Of a DNA stretch of 64,000 nucleotides, positions 26,826 through 38,836 are shown piece by piece. Location: contig JBDOQK010000003.1 in assembly GCA_040437565.1 (NCBI GenBank), positions 1 through 64,000 on the forward strand, given 5' to 3'. The translations under genes and the position numbers were made by a program. The first letter of the stretch is position 1, and each line of letters starts with the position of its first letter. The DNA comes from Albugo candida. Taxonomy: Eukaryota. The notes under the pieces are model-generated. The model saw nothing but the letters and a program-made list of their open reading frames with translations. It was not told where the DNA came from and did no database searches.

Positions 26826-28887
26826 TGTAGCGGATTCAACTTGCATAGACAGTAGTCTTCGAACTATCTTGAAGGAGCGATCAGTCAATGAGAGGATTTA
26901 TACATTCATTCTTAACATTGTTTTTAATCTCAATATAACTTTCCATTTTTCAGCACTGAGAAGTAGTTGTGCTTTCGTTATAGGTTATGAGCCCAAACAC
27001 ATCAGCTCCAAATGACATCCTCACGGATGACAACTATTTCATGTGGGAATTTAATGCACGCATGACCCTCGCGCACAAAGACCTGTTGAATCACGTTATG
27101 ATCAGGCCAGAGCCTGCAGTGCTGCAGGTCCCTAATGAAAAGTCGCCGACATGAAGGCTTTGGCTGTGCTGGTGAAGCTGCTCTCTCCAACCAATCAGTG
27201 TATGGTTCGGGAATGTGAGTCGGCAATTGAGTCTTGGGAGGTTCTTAAGACGTTCTTTGCGAAGAAAAAACTTCACAACCGGGTGCAACTTCGAAAGCAA
27301 TTACATGAGTTTGTGATGCAGACTGGTGCCGGTCTTACGGATTATCTACTTAAGTTTGATGAACTGTTTCTAAAGCTCAGGGCGGCCGGTGACAACATGG
27401 ATGATGAGGAATAGCTGGTTTTACTTTTGGGAAGTTTATCATCCGAATATGATGATATGGTACGCATTATTGAGGCACACAGCAACGTGACACTGCAGGA
27501 CGCAAAAGAGATGCTCCGCCGGGAATATGACACTCTTCAGAGGCGCGACAAGAAGGAAACCGCTTTCAANNNNNNNNNNNNNNNNNNNNNNNNNNNNNNN
27601 NNNNNNNNNNNNNNNNNNNNNNNNNNNNNNNNNNNNNNNNNNNNNNNNNNNNNNNNNNNNNNNNNNNNNGATTCGAACAATGTCGAGCAGACACATGTAT
27701 TTTTGCTCGATGCAATCATGCAAACATCAAGTCACTCACATACATAGTCTTGTATGTGGACGACCTCCTAGTTGGAAGCAAGTCAGATGCTGAGGCAGAC
27801 ACGATATATACAAGGAATTAACAATTAATTTTACTGTTAAGTCAATTGGAGCTGCGCGATTTATTTTGGGCGTGGAAGTGAATTATTCACGAGAAAAAGG
27901 GGAGTTGGTGTTAAAACAGTCCCAATTTCTTGTGAAGTTGGTCTCGAAGTTTGAGCAAAGTGTGGCTATGCAGTTCGCAATCCTATCTGTACAGGCCAGG
28001 ACTTGACTCCTGATGAGTCACACCCAATGCTTAAAGGCAGCACTGCGTACCGCAAATTGGTCGGTTCGCTGCTGTATATTGCGAACGCAACGCGACCAGA
28101 TATTAGCAATGCGATGTCAGTATTGTCGCAGTACTTGGACCAGCCACGACAGATGCACTGGCATGCGGCTTTACGCGTTTTACACTATCTTATGGGAACA
28201 CAATCGCACGGAATCACGTACAAGAAATCGGACGACAACAAGATTATGCTTCGGACATGCTGTGACGTGAATTAGGGAAATGACAAGAATACTCGTCGAT
28301 CTACATCTGGTGTATTGATTTTGCTCGGTTGCGCGGTTGTCGTATACAAAAGCAAGCGCCAAACTTCGGTAGCTTTGTCATTTGCTGAAGCAGAATATAT
28401 GGCACTGGCGCTTGCTGCACAGGAAATTATTTGGATTCGTTACTTGCTCAAAGAGATGGGTGTCACGTGCAATACCGCGACTACAGTGCACATGGACAAT
28501 AAGTCGGCGATAAGTATTGCGACGAATCAAGGCTATACACCAAGAGCCAAACACATTGACCTCAGGATGCATTTTTTTCGGGACCACGTTGAACAAGGCG
28601 AGATCCAGCTCAAGCATATCCCGTCAGCTGTGCAGCTTGCTGATTACTTGACGAACCCACTTGGTGCACCGCAATTACCGCAACTACGCAATGAAAGTGG
28701 AATTCTCGAGAGTGCAAGTTGAAGGGGAGTGTAGCGGATTGCAACTTGCATAGACAGTGGCCTTCGAACTATCTGGAAGGAGCGATCAGTTATGAGGGGA
28801 CTTGTACATTTACTCTCAACATTGTTTTTACCTCTTAATATAGCTTTCCATTTTTCAGCACTGAGAAGTAGTTGTGCTTTCGTTATA
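26826..28887 (+). mobile_element. Ty1/copia LTR element (internal gap)
   Basis: LTRs 26826-26982 and 28730-28887; 5-bp TSD AATAT; PBS GGTTATGAGCCC; PPT GAAGGGGAG. Gag RVQLRKQLHEF, RT YRKLVGSLLYIANATRPDI, RNase H AEAEYMAL..DNKSAI..KHID..LADYLT. Confidence 0.93.
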
Positions 28888-31800
28888 AATATCATGATCT
28901 ACTTTTGATATATTGAACATTCAACACAAGTCAAGCATCCTACAGGTGTCTGTATATTCCCAGTGCAGAGTGGATATAATGAATTCGCTATTGTTCCAGG
29001 GTATCATAATATATAACAGGTCTTGCTTCTACTTAGCCAGCTGTGCCAGTTTAACAATTGAGGATTCTAAATTTTATACACCGCCACTTTGCGATAAGTT
29101 CAATGCTATATGCAATTAGGCTACTAAATCTCACACAATCGCTTCACCATAAGAGTATTTCTGATAGTTGTTATTTTGTGGGGCTCAATTGAGATCTTCA
29201 TGACCCTATTTGTAATGCATCGTCCACTAAAAGAGCAACGAGAAAGCACTAAAAACGAATTTATGTTACAGTATTTTGGATTGAAAAACGCGCTTTTCTC
29301 AAGGAGGCCCTGCATGACAATATGGCTTATGGCACGAGATCACAGCCACAGAGGTGAGAAAGTTCATCCCTCTTTTGTATTTTTCCGTCACAAGTGAATT
29401 AGCTAAATGGTTGCGACATACTTTTGATCAGGAACAATATCGCATCGGTCCGACGTACCAAAATAAACGTAAAGCTCCAAAGTTTCCATCAAATATGCCT
29501 ACCTATCGTGGCCTCTATCGAGCACTAAAATGCCATGATCCAGAATCGTCATATCGTCGACCGCTTCAGCGAGGTTCTCTAGTGATTGTTAGCGCTTGTG
29601 GATACGTGCAAAGAAAAGAATATATACTGTCCTTATAACTTTGATGTGCTTTCCGTTGTACTGCAGGCCAATTCGTCGCTTGAATACCATAATGTTTCCG
29701 ACACATACATCCTAGTAGACGAATGATGATTAAAACTTTTCAAAAGTTACCTTGGAAAATACTTAGCGATTGTATTTATGAGGGGGGTGTTTTGCATGAC
29801 AAAACAGCCAAAGTCTATTCTAATGCAAACACATCCAATCGTTAATTCTTGTAGTACATCGTCTTGTCTCAGGAAGTGTATTATAAGGAAAAGAAACAGG
29901 GTAAGATTTGACAAGCGATTATGATAGTCACGGTAGACGACAAAGCACGCAACGATAAATATGAAACGATCTACATAAAGTGGCTCATCAAATATACCAT
30001 TCTGGATGAGAAAAGGAAAACGCGTATAGGATGAATCATGGCAAATTATATAACTGAGTTTAGAAAGAGCTATGGTTCTTCGCGTGCGTGAGTCTGGATC
30101 CGTCTTGCGTTTCTTCATGACTGTAATTTGAGTAGAAATGCACCTTGTTGGGGCTCGGTAACTCTCAGCTTTTCCTGGATGTGTTTTTATGAGTGGCCAT
30201 TGCAAGGCGTCCCATGGACACTCCGCATCTGCAGCGAAGCAAAACAAATTTTGCAAAGAAATGTAGTCGAGGACCATACAGAGAGACATATGAGGTTCGA
30301 AAAATGCTTGAGTTACGTATCGGCAGAGTTTAAATGCCTGCTAGTCCAATTAACGCGAGACATGTCCGTTATCTCAGCAAGAATCTATATCCTTGACAAC
30401 ACGAGGGATGACTGTGAAACATGACGCGAGAACAATGTATTATGGGAATAGATGATGTGCAAGAAAAACCAACACGGAACGTTTGTTCTAATCTGTCAAT
30501 TATTACGCAATCGAAAATGACGAGAATCTGTTAAGACGACCGAGTTGTCTACAACAATACCCGTTCTGACTTGCTCAATATAGCAACATTCTCCACATCT
30601 TAAGAAGAAGCAGAAGAGGTAATGAAGAAACGTAAGTGATCCAAAGCCACACAACAAAATGCCTATGTATGTCATCTAAAGAACGTATCTCCATCATTAT
30701 GCAAGCACTTTTGGTGAATTAATCCGCAAAATCTGTATGAAAAAAGCTGGCAGTATTCGCGGTGTCTCGAGGACAAATTCATGCGAAGTAACTTGGCGAA
30801 AAAAAAGGGACGCAAGCAACGAAAAAAAGTATGATATCGTTGTAAATTTGTGTTGGAAGTTGTAAGTCACCCATTCATTACGTGTTACCGACCCTGTGCG
30901 CCCAGGTAAATTTGCTGCATTTATATTTTACCTGCTTCATGACCGTTTCGGGACGGCGCAAGAAGCTATACGACAGACGTTGCCCACAAATCTGTCACAT
31001 TATTTACGAAATGAGGTGTTCACGTCTTGAAAGAAGCAGATGAGATGAATAATCAAATAACGTGAGGAAATGCGAGTAAACAAGATGTTAAGGCATGACT
31101 TTTATGTGCTTGCGACGCTTTGTATACACTTTCATTCGTGCAAAGAAGAATTTGAGATGACCTAAGGCGGATACCGATCGATAATCCTTCAACACATGAG
31201 GTTCCTAAATTGACATATTGCTGAAGTGTCCCACTTACTAGTTTATGAAGATATAGCTCGGCAACTCAACTAAGGACTCGAATGAATCCTTTTCAATATT
31301 GTTACTAGTAATAAAACGATTCTCGTTTACACCAGCCGTGATGTTCAAATACCCTACCACGCGAGTAAATCTTCTCTCCGTGGTATGCTTCTGCAAATAG
31401 TGTAAGAAATCTATGAGCTTACCGTAACCATCTAGATGATATCAACGCAACGTAACTTGACTGCGTTCGCCCACACCTTTTTGTCATTTTAGATCGCAAT
31501 TTTTCAATTAGCTCATACAGATGCTAATTGTTAGTTGGCAGGTGATACTATTCCTACTATCGACCTCCTAGTCAAAACAATCGCTTCTTTTCTCAAACAA
31601 ATGTAAAATTGCGGCGTTGCTAGGAACAAATTTGCCTTATTTTAGGTACGTTTTAAGGGTCTCGGTCTAATTTAGCTACGTCATACAATAGGCTCTCCCT
31701 GGTGCGTCATTAAACAAATCTTATTCGCCACACGTCACAGCACAACTCTTCATAACGGATATCTTCCGTTACGTGATGGTTACACTGTATCATTCTAGAA

Positions 31801-32504
31801 ATGTCGAGCGCATCCCCGTAAAGCCCCTTAGCGTACAATTTCACTACCAGCATTCAGCATTTGGAATAATATAATATCTGTGGATCTCCGCGGTGATTCT
31901 TCTCGGCCTAATGGATTGATTTTAGTATAAGTGGATACTCATCGAGCCAATTGAGCCTTGTCACATGAAGATACGGTGCACCGGTAAATGAAACTGACAT
32001 TAGTGATAAGTGACTTAGTAGCTGCATCTGTAATCATGCTTGCTATTGCATCAACATGATTGGAAGGGTTCTGTCTGAGCAAAAACTTACTGTATGCATA
32101 TGGCACTGAGGAGAATAATGTGCATAATCAATCCCATACTCCGTTTCAGATCATTATAGCTACTCTCGGGCAATTTGCTGCATATTGACAGATAATAAGA
32201 TTGGATGTACGACGCATATACAATCAGAACGATCGCTTGAGCTCTCCTCAAGAAATCGTATATGACTTGATATAATACTTTGTTTATCTGCACGCAAAAG
32301 CACGTGAAAAAATCGCTGTGAATGAAGCCAGAACACAGAATTTCCGTGAAGTCTGACGCGCTGATATATTGCGTCTGTGTTGGTACGCATGGTGGCAAAG
32401 CGTCATCCGAGGAGCTGAATTACCGTACGGTGCAATTTGAAACAGATCGTGCGATTTGTCAGAATGACGACTTCTGATTGGTGGACTTTTTATAAATCCC
32501 CATA

Positions 32505-34031
32505 ATGCTCCACCTCGCTCGTCTCACATTTATCAGGCTAATTCTGTGTCTACCGATCTTCAAAGCAACAAAGTTGTCGCTCCAAGTACGTGGTTTTGAG
32601 CCAGATCTTTTGATACAATTCGAACAAGGAGAAGTGGTCATACTATATTCGACTAATCGATAAGTGAAGCTACTAATTTTTTGATATTATAGTTCGTTTG
32701 CGATCAGGGGGTACGCAGATTAGAGCACACACGTGTCAACGATGATTACTGTGACTGCGAAGATGGAAGTGATGAACCAGGAACGTCTGCTTGTTCGCAT
32801 ACCGCGGCAACGTTCTATTGTGGGAACGCAGGATATATTCCCCAGCTTATTTCGACCTCGCTGGTTAACGATAACGTGTGCGGTACGTCCTGACCTAGTA
32901 GCCTATTCATATCTACTGTATTTTTCACGTTGTCAAAAAATTGACACCCAAGATTGCTGCGACGGATCCGATGAAGCGTTGCTCAAATGTTCGAATGAGT
33001 GCGGTCGCTATATGGAAGAGTTTCAAACGATGAAAAGTAAAGCTTACGGAATATATGACGCAGGTGCAAAGGCGAGAAATGAGATTGTGAATCAAGGAGT
33101 CTCAAAAAGAAATGCTGATGAGAAAGAAAAAGAGACTCTGGAGGATCAACGAGCTTCTTTTTTAGTCCTTGTGGATCAGCTTAATAATCGTAAGCTACTT
33201 GAAGAAGAACTACAAGAAAAAGAGCGAGCTGAAAAGGTTGAAGGCAGTCAGCAAGACGTCATCGCCAAGCTTGGATTGCTAGAACTTGACGCAGAGAAGC
33301 TTGCTGTATTGTTGGTTGAGTTACTCACTTTGAAAATTAGCAACGAGGCGAATCATGAGCAGCTCATTTTAGAAAAGATACGAGACCAGAGAAACTTACT
33401 GGGGCTAACAGATATTCCTCTGCAACAAAAATTAGGAAAACATGAAGATACGGAAACGTCTCCCAAGTCAGAGAATCCTGGGAGGACTGGGACGGACTCG
33501 GAGGAGGTCGTGGATAGTCCGTTCGAGAAGCTTCTAAATCAAATAAAGTCTTCACACGCATTTGTAAGGGAAGAAACAAAATTAGCGCAAGAGAAACATC
33601 AGGCCGCACTCGATGAGCTGAAGCAATTGGAGGAAAGAATTTACATTCTCGAGCAGTCACTTAATGCGAACTATGGACCCCAAAGCGTTTTGTACTCTCT
33701 GCGTGACTACTGTATAGAAGCATCTCCGAGCCATTACAATTACAAGATTTGCTTGTTTGGTCAAGCCTATCAGAACTCTGTATCATTAGGTGTAATGGAC
33801 TCCGTCAATGTCGAAGACGACACATTGATGCAATTAAGTTTCACAAATGGCGAGCATTGCTGGAACGGCCCACAAAGATCTATAGTCGTCACTTTAGAGT
33901 GCAATCCTACTATGGAATTACTTGAAGTAGAAGAGCCGTCGGTGTGTGTGTACAAAGCAAAGCTAAAGTCGTCCATCGCGTGTGATGCATATCATCTTCA
34001 GCGCCTTAAACGACACTTTCAGGAGATATAG
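32505..34031 (+). CDS. Glucosidase II beta subunit (PRKCSH/Gtb1-like), 3 exons: 32505-~32636, 32693-32882, 32953-34031
   Basis: Hydrophobic N-terminus; exon 2 VNDDYCDCEDGSDEPGTSAC..FYCGNAGY..VNDNVC|DCCDGSDE; coiled coil; C-terminal MRH domain (YNYKICLFG..FTNGEHCWNGPQRS..EEPSVCVY). GT-AG introns restore the frame. Confidence 0.93.
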
Positions 34032-34175
34032 AATTACACGTGTCTTCCGATGAAAATGTTGTGAGTGTTTTTCTTTCTCGACAGAGCAGTTCTGTTTAAA
34101 AGCGCTAATTATCTTCGCGGGGTCTATCTATTATAGCTAAAGACTTTCGTAAGAATAATATGCTATTACTTAGAG

Positions 34176-35141
34176 GGGAATCCTTATTCAGCACTCACCT
34201 TTTCTATAATCAGCACTCAGCCTCCATAAATTAATAGATTGATGCCCTCTGATTAGTTAAAATAAGTATGACAGATTAAAAAAAATTAAATTACGGGAAT
34301 CGTAATTTAGCCCCCGCCCTCCATAAATTAATGGCAATTGTAGCCTCTGATTGGTCTGAATAGATGCAACGGAATAAATAAAAAATATATAAATCACAGT
34401 ATTGTCTCCTTCAACTTCAATTTACCTTTAGGGTTGACGGCATCTACAATGGGCTATGCTTGAGGCCATGCTTTTCGTCATCAAGTAGTACCACTGTATG
34501 ATTTTGATCAGCATTGGTGGTTGGTACAGCCGATGCCAGTTCATAACGAGGGTGTGACCATGCCAATTGGATTGAAACAGGATTAAAGAGGATAAAATGA
34601 CGAGTATGAGAATGCTCCCAATCATTGTAAGCGTATTCTGCTAGGCTATGTCTTGGCAGTCACAGATACAGAAACTTGCGATCCTGTGCAAGTTCGCACG
34701 CGTGGTAGGCCATCGAGCTCAACGCAGCAACTTCCTTCGAAGGTTGAGTATGTTAGCGCTGCTTTGGATGCTCCTGTGCATCGCCGAAGACGGCGAAAAT
34801 GCCAGAATACAGGTCAAAATGCCAGAACCTGCCGTCAAGAAGCAACAGCAGCATCAGCAACACTTAGATTTGGATACAGACTTGAATTAAGTAGTACAGA
34901 ATTTGCAGAAACCGATGTTTTTTTTTATTTTATTGTTTTCATTTCGTTGCATTTATTCAGACCAATCAGAGGCCACGGTTTTCAATAATTTATGAAGGGT
35001 GGGGGCTGATTAACGATTCCCGTAATTTATTTTTATCTATTCTCTTATATTTGTTTAAACCAACCGGAGGCCACAATTGCCATCAATTTATGGAGGCTGA
35101 GTGCTGATTACAGGAAAGGTGAGTGCTGAAAAACGCTTCCC
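34176..35141. mobile_element. Non-autonomous MULE derivative
   Basis: Long imperfect TIRs (GGGAATCCTTATTCAGCACTCACCTTT.. / ..AAAGGTGAGTGCTGAAAAACGCTTCCC); 9-bp TSD TACTTAGAG. Internal C-terminal remnant VRTRGRP..RKCQNTGQNARTC. Confidence 0.88.
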
Positions 35142-37169
35142 TACTTAGAGATGCCAGATGTTTCAGCTTTTATCGGTATGGGCAAGTGAGTGATTAAGTT
35201 GTACGGATACTATTAAACTTTCAGATCTCATCAAAAGCCAGACAAACTCACTCTACTTGACCAGATTATCAGAAATATATCCCCCTTACTAAATTGGTGC
35301 TCAAGAAAGAATCATAATTCGACCGACTGCATCAAGAACATTGACAACGATAAGTCGTTCAGTCTTGTCTGAAGTAGACCAAAATGTTTACCTGTACAAC
35401 GATACTAGCAAGGTGCACAAGTGTAACAATGTTTCCGAGATAGCTCGCAACTCAATCAATTGTACCAATGTCTTTTAATGAAGACACAACATCTCGATCC
35501 AATATCACTGAACTTGAATATATTGAAATAGCGCCCAGCTATGACTACAATCATCGTGTCTTGATCAGCAATACTTTCTTATATATATTGAGAATAAGTT
35601 CTTTATATTTTAGAAGTGTCCCGTTCTTTTCTATTCTCCGTCTAAAAGGTATAACTATGTTCTTTGAGAAAACTCCCATGACTCGATCTCATGTGTATTA
35701 CGCTTTTCTTGATTGTATGGTTTATGTATGTGTTTAGATTATACAAGCTTGAGCAAAGGCAGACGCACTCATTTTAGGATATTATACAGCTTTAGGATAT
35801 CCGCTGCTGCAGTTTCTAACACTCCTTGTTATCTTAAGTACTGCTTGAATTTCTCAAAAGCATTTCCTGCAATTTTCTGTGGTAGTATAAAGGTCGTCTT
35901 CGTGCGCTGATAGTTTGCTAATGCTGGCTGCAATGAAACGTAAAGTAACGAATTCGTACCTCTCCTTGTCCAACAATTTCACTAAACGATGGGAAAGAAA
36001 AAAAGTGATGGAAGTTGTGAACGTGGTAGATGAAGTATCATTTCAACACCCTTGGGATATTGCGTATGTTTCTCGGAAAAAATATAAGGCACCCAGCTAC
36101 AAAAGAAATCAGGGGACAACCACAATGCATTTTGGAGGGTTTTGTGCCTCTCTTGATTGACCACAAACCTTGCAATGTCTTACATGCAGCTACTGGAGGA
36201 ATTACTTTATTAACTTGAAAAGCAAATTTACGGGAGCCGCTGCGCTCAGCTCAAAAGCTCGACTGTGTGCTAAAAAAGCTTCAATACTTCAACTTTGGAT
36301 CAATAGAAAAGTGTTTGGCTCGTCAGACTCAAGGGAAAGTGAACTTAACTCAATTGGTCTCTAAGCTATACAGAGAGCCCATACTTAGCTAAGTCTCTGC
36401 CTTTGGCACTTGAATTGGAAAAGAATAATATGATATTGAACGCATCTAGCTTGTTCGAACCACAAGCATTCTATCCTTCAATCAACCCGAGCAGTGAAGC
36501 AAGTCAGCACTAGAATGACGATTACATTCAAGAAGCGGATCATTCGGCGAGATCTCGGCGATGTGTGAAAGAAGCGCTACTTACTAATGTTCTTCGCTGC
36601 ATAAAGCTTGGGGAAGCTATGCGCTTTTCTACGCCGGCTCGAATATAATAACTATGATTATGATTAGCGTGTCCGGTACTCTTCTTGACCGCTCTAAGTG
36701 ATAATACGCACGAAGGATAGTGAAGAAGATTGCAAAATTGAGATGATGGACTTTCGTTCGCGGGCATATACTAATCTGAGCTTGATTATCACATTTGGCC
36801 AACAAGCCGAACAAGAGGGACGTCGTGGTACTTTGGACGCGATTCCTTGTATCGTGTGTGTAAGACAAAAGAAAATCTGTGATCCATCTCGCCTACCTAC
36901 TTTTTCGACGTTCTTACCGCTAGGACACGAACATAGAAAGCATGGAACGCGGTGGCACTCACAATTTATAACTGCATGGATAACACTCTAACGTATACTT
37001 GACAATAGGATCTATAAGATCGTAACAGATGTAGCAAAGGTGACATACTTTGCGCAGTAAATTTTTTCGATGCTGGTACTTTCGAACATCCATAACGAGT
37101 TCGCATACTTCGATTAGACTAACTGACTTCTTTAGCTGCCTAGGCTATCTTAAATAACAAATATACATG

Positions 37170-38137
37170 CAGTGCACACCACCTACAACCTGTAATTTTT
37201 TAGGCCTTAGTAAATTCACTACTCTTCACGCATAAATCATCGCATAACAAAAACAGAGATTTTCTATGATAGATACAGTCTAGAGCTTCAAAACAAAGGC
37301 TTGGTTTTCAAATTGGATGATTTTTGAATAATTTATAAGGCTCTAAAAGTTGCCTTGTTTCTCTAGATGTAAGTAGTATTTCCTATCAAAGCGTAAACTT
37401 AGGCCGCCATCAGTGGGCAAATTAGGGTTTAGGGTTTAGGGGTTTGAGTACAAGTGTAATTTATTATCTTTATATTATACTTACAGCTTCATACAGTAGC
37501 TACTCAAGCATTGCTGTCTGTGTATACTGAGTCTGGAAATCTTCGATGTGATCGGTACTTTTTCATAGCATATTCCGCGGCTTTTTCGGTTAGATCTTTC
37601 CGGTACACATCAATAAAAAGGAAGCACTTTCTAGCATGGTGACGGATTGTTGCAAGCGAAACTGAGGAAAGTGCTTTCGGAACTATCGCGACCAATCCTT
37701 CCCATGTTTAATCGCAATTTTTCCTTGCGTATCGTTTTGCTTCCCCCGAAAAGTTTTCTACAAAATTAGATTCGCAATGAAATTTGGGGTAAAATATGAT
37801 GATATGGCCCACCGCGGTGACTGTCTCTTCCAAAAAACATTTTTGAGCTTTACAGTCTGGCTGGTTCTTAATAACACTGCAGCCGCAGCACCCACCTGTG
37901 TCACCACATTTACCCCGGCACTCCAGGCGAAGGTTTGTCGTCCAGAGATTGCGTTCCTACAGCACGATATTTATGCCCTTTGGTTTTCCGGCGAGAGGAT
38001 GATCTGCGGGGAAAACCATGGATTGCGATGTCCCATCTCCAAACATTCCATTCCGCATCACCAGTTGCTTTCCTTCCGGTCCAAGATTTATCCGTTGAGA
38101 TACGAGAGCATCTTCAGCAAATGCTGCGTGGCTAGTC
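37170..38137 (-). mobile_element. 3' part of the long-spacer DDE family transposon
   Basis: TIR CAGTGCACACCACCTACAACC at 37170; KFHCESNFVENF and AAEYAMKKYRSHRR; truncated by a gap. Confidence 0.8.
37422..37445 (+). repeat. Short telomere-like (TTTAGGG)n run
   Basis: TTAGGGTTTAGGGTTTAGGGGTTT read directly. Confidence 0.5.
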
Positions 38138-38237
38138 NNNNNNNNNNNNNNNNNNNNNNNNNNNNNNNNNNNNNNNNNNNNNNNNNNNNNNNNNNNNNNN
38201 NNNNNNNNNNNNNNNNNNNNNNNNNNNNNNNNNNNNN

Positions 38238-38290
38238 ATAAGGAAGGTAGTTAAAGAACCAGATAAACAGTGTAATGAAATCCTTGACAA
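38238..38290 (+). mobile_element. SINE 3' end (gap-truncated)
   Basis: ATAAGGAAGGTAGTTAAAGAACCAGATAAACAGTGTAATGAAATCCTTGACAA matches the family 3' end. Confidence 0.7.
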
Positions 38291-38716
38291 AGTAGACTCT
38301 CGAATACTGAATTCCCATAATTCTTCATTAGGAAGACAGGATTCTCCCATCTTTTGTACGCACTAACGCTTGACCTGTCTCCAGAATCATGGAGTAGGTG
38401 GCCTTGGAGATCTCGAAAGACTTCGCTGCTACCGTTATTACACCCTACCGTCAGTCACAATAGAAGTGGGCGTACTTTCCACGTTATCACCAATCATGCA
38501 ATCATGCAATCATGCAATCATACAATCACCCAAAACTGCGCGACATATGAGGGTTGCGGCGTCAGCACAAGTGAGCGGTAACACCATGTGTTGTCTCGAA
38601 CCATTGCTTTCGAAAGGAAAGAGTAAGAATATTTTTATTTTTCGAGTTGTTTTCTACCAAATTGACGGATTACGTAGTGGCCAACTGAAAAAGTCCCTTC
38701 TGTCCTTAAGAAGTAC

Positions 38717-38723
38717 TGGCCAA

Positions 38724-38756
<33 letters not shown>

Positions 38757-38796
38757 TGCCTTAAACTGGCGCCTTAGACCGCTCGGCCAATTGACC
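38717..38796 (-). tRNA. tRNA-Leu(AAG)
   Basis: Minus strand GGTCAATTGGCCGAGCGGTCTAAGGCGCCAGTTTAAGGCACTGGTCCGAAAGGGCGTGGGTTCAAATCCCACATTGGCCA: acceptor stem, anticodon loop TT-AAG-GC, long variable arm, TTC loop. T5 terminator ~25 nt downstream. Confidence 0.95.
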
Positions 38797-38836
38797 ATAT
38801 GTTGTTGATAGTCCCACGTGTATATTAGTGACCTGT

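Noticed and set aside
29747-30289. 180-aa ORF
   Set aside because: No recognisable motif or splice support; cannot be called a gene.
32733-32952. N-terminus of the 432-aa ORF as given by the ORF track
   Set aside because: Wrong frame and reads through intron 2. The true exon 2 is in another frame.
38490-38530. (CAATCATG)n as a CRISPR-like array
   Set aside because: Simple octamer tandem with no spacers, in a eukaryotic context.
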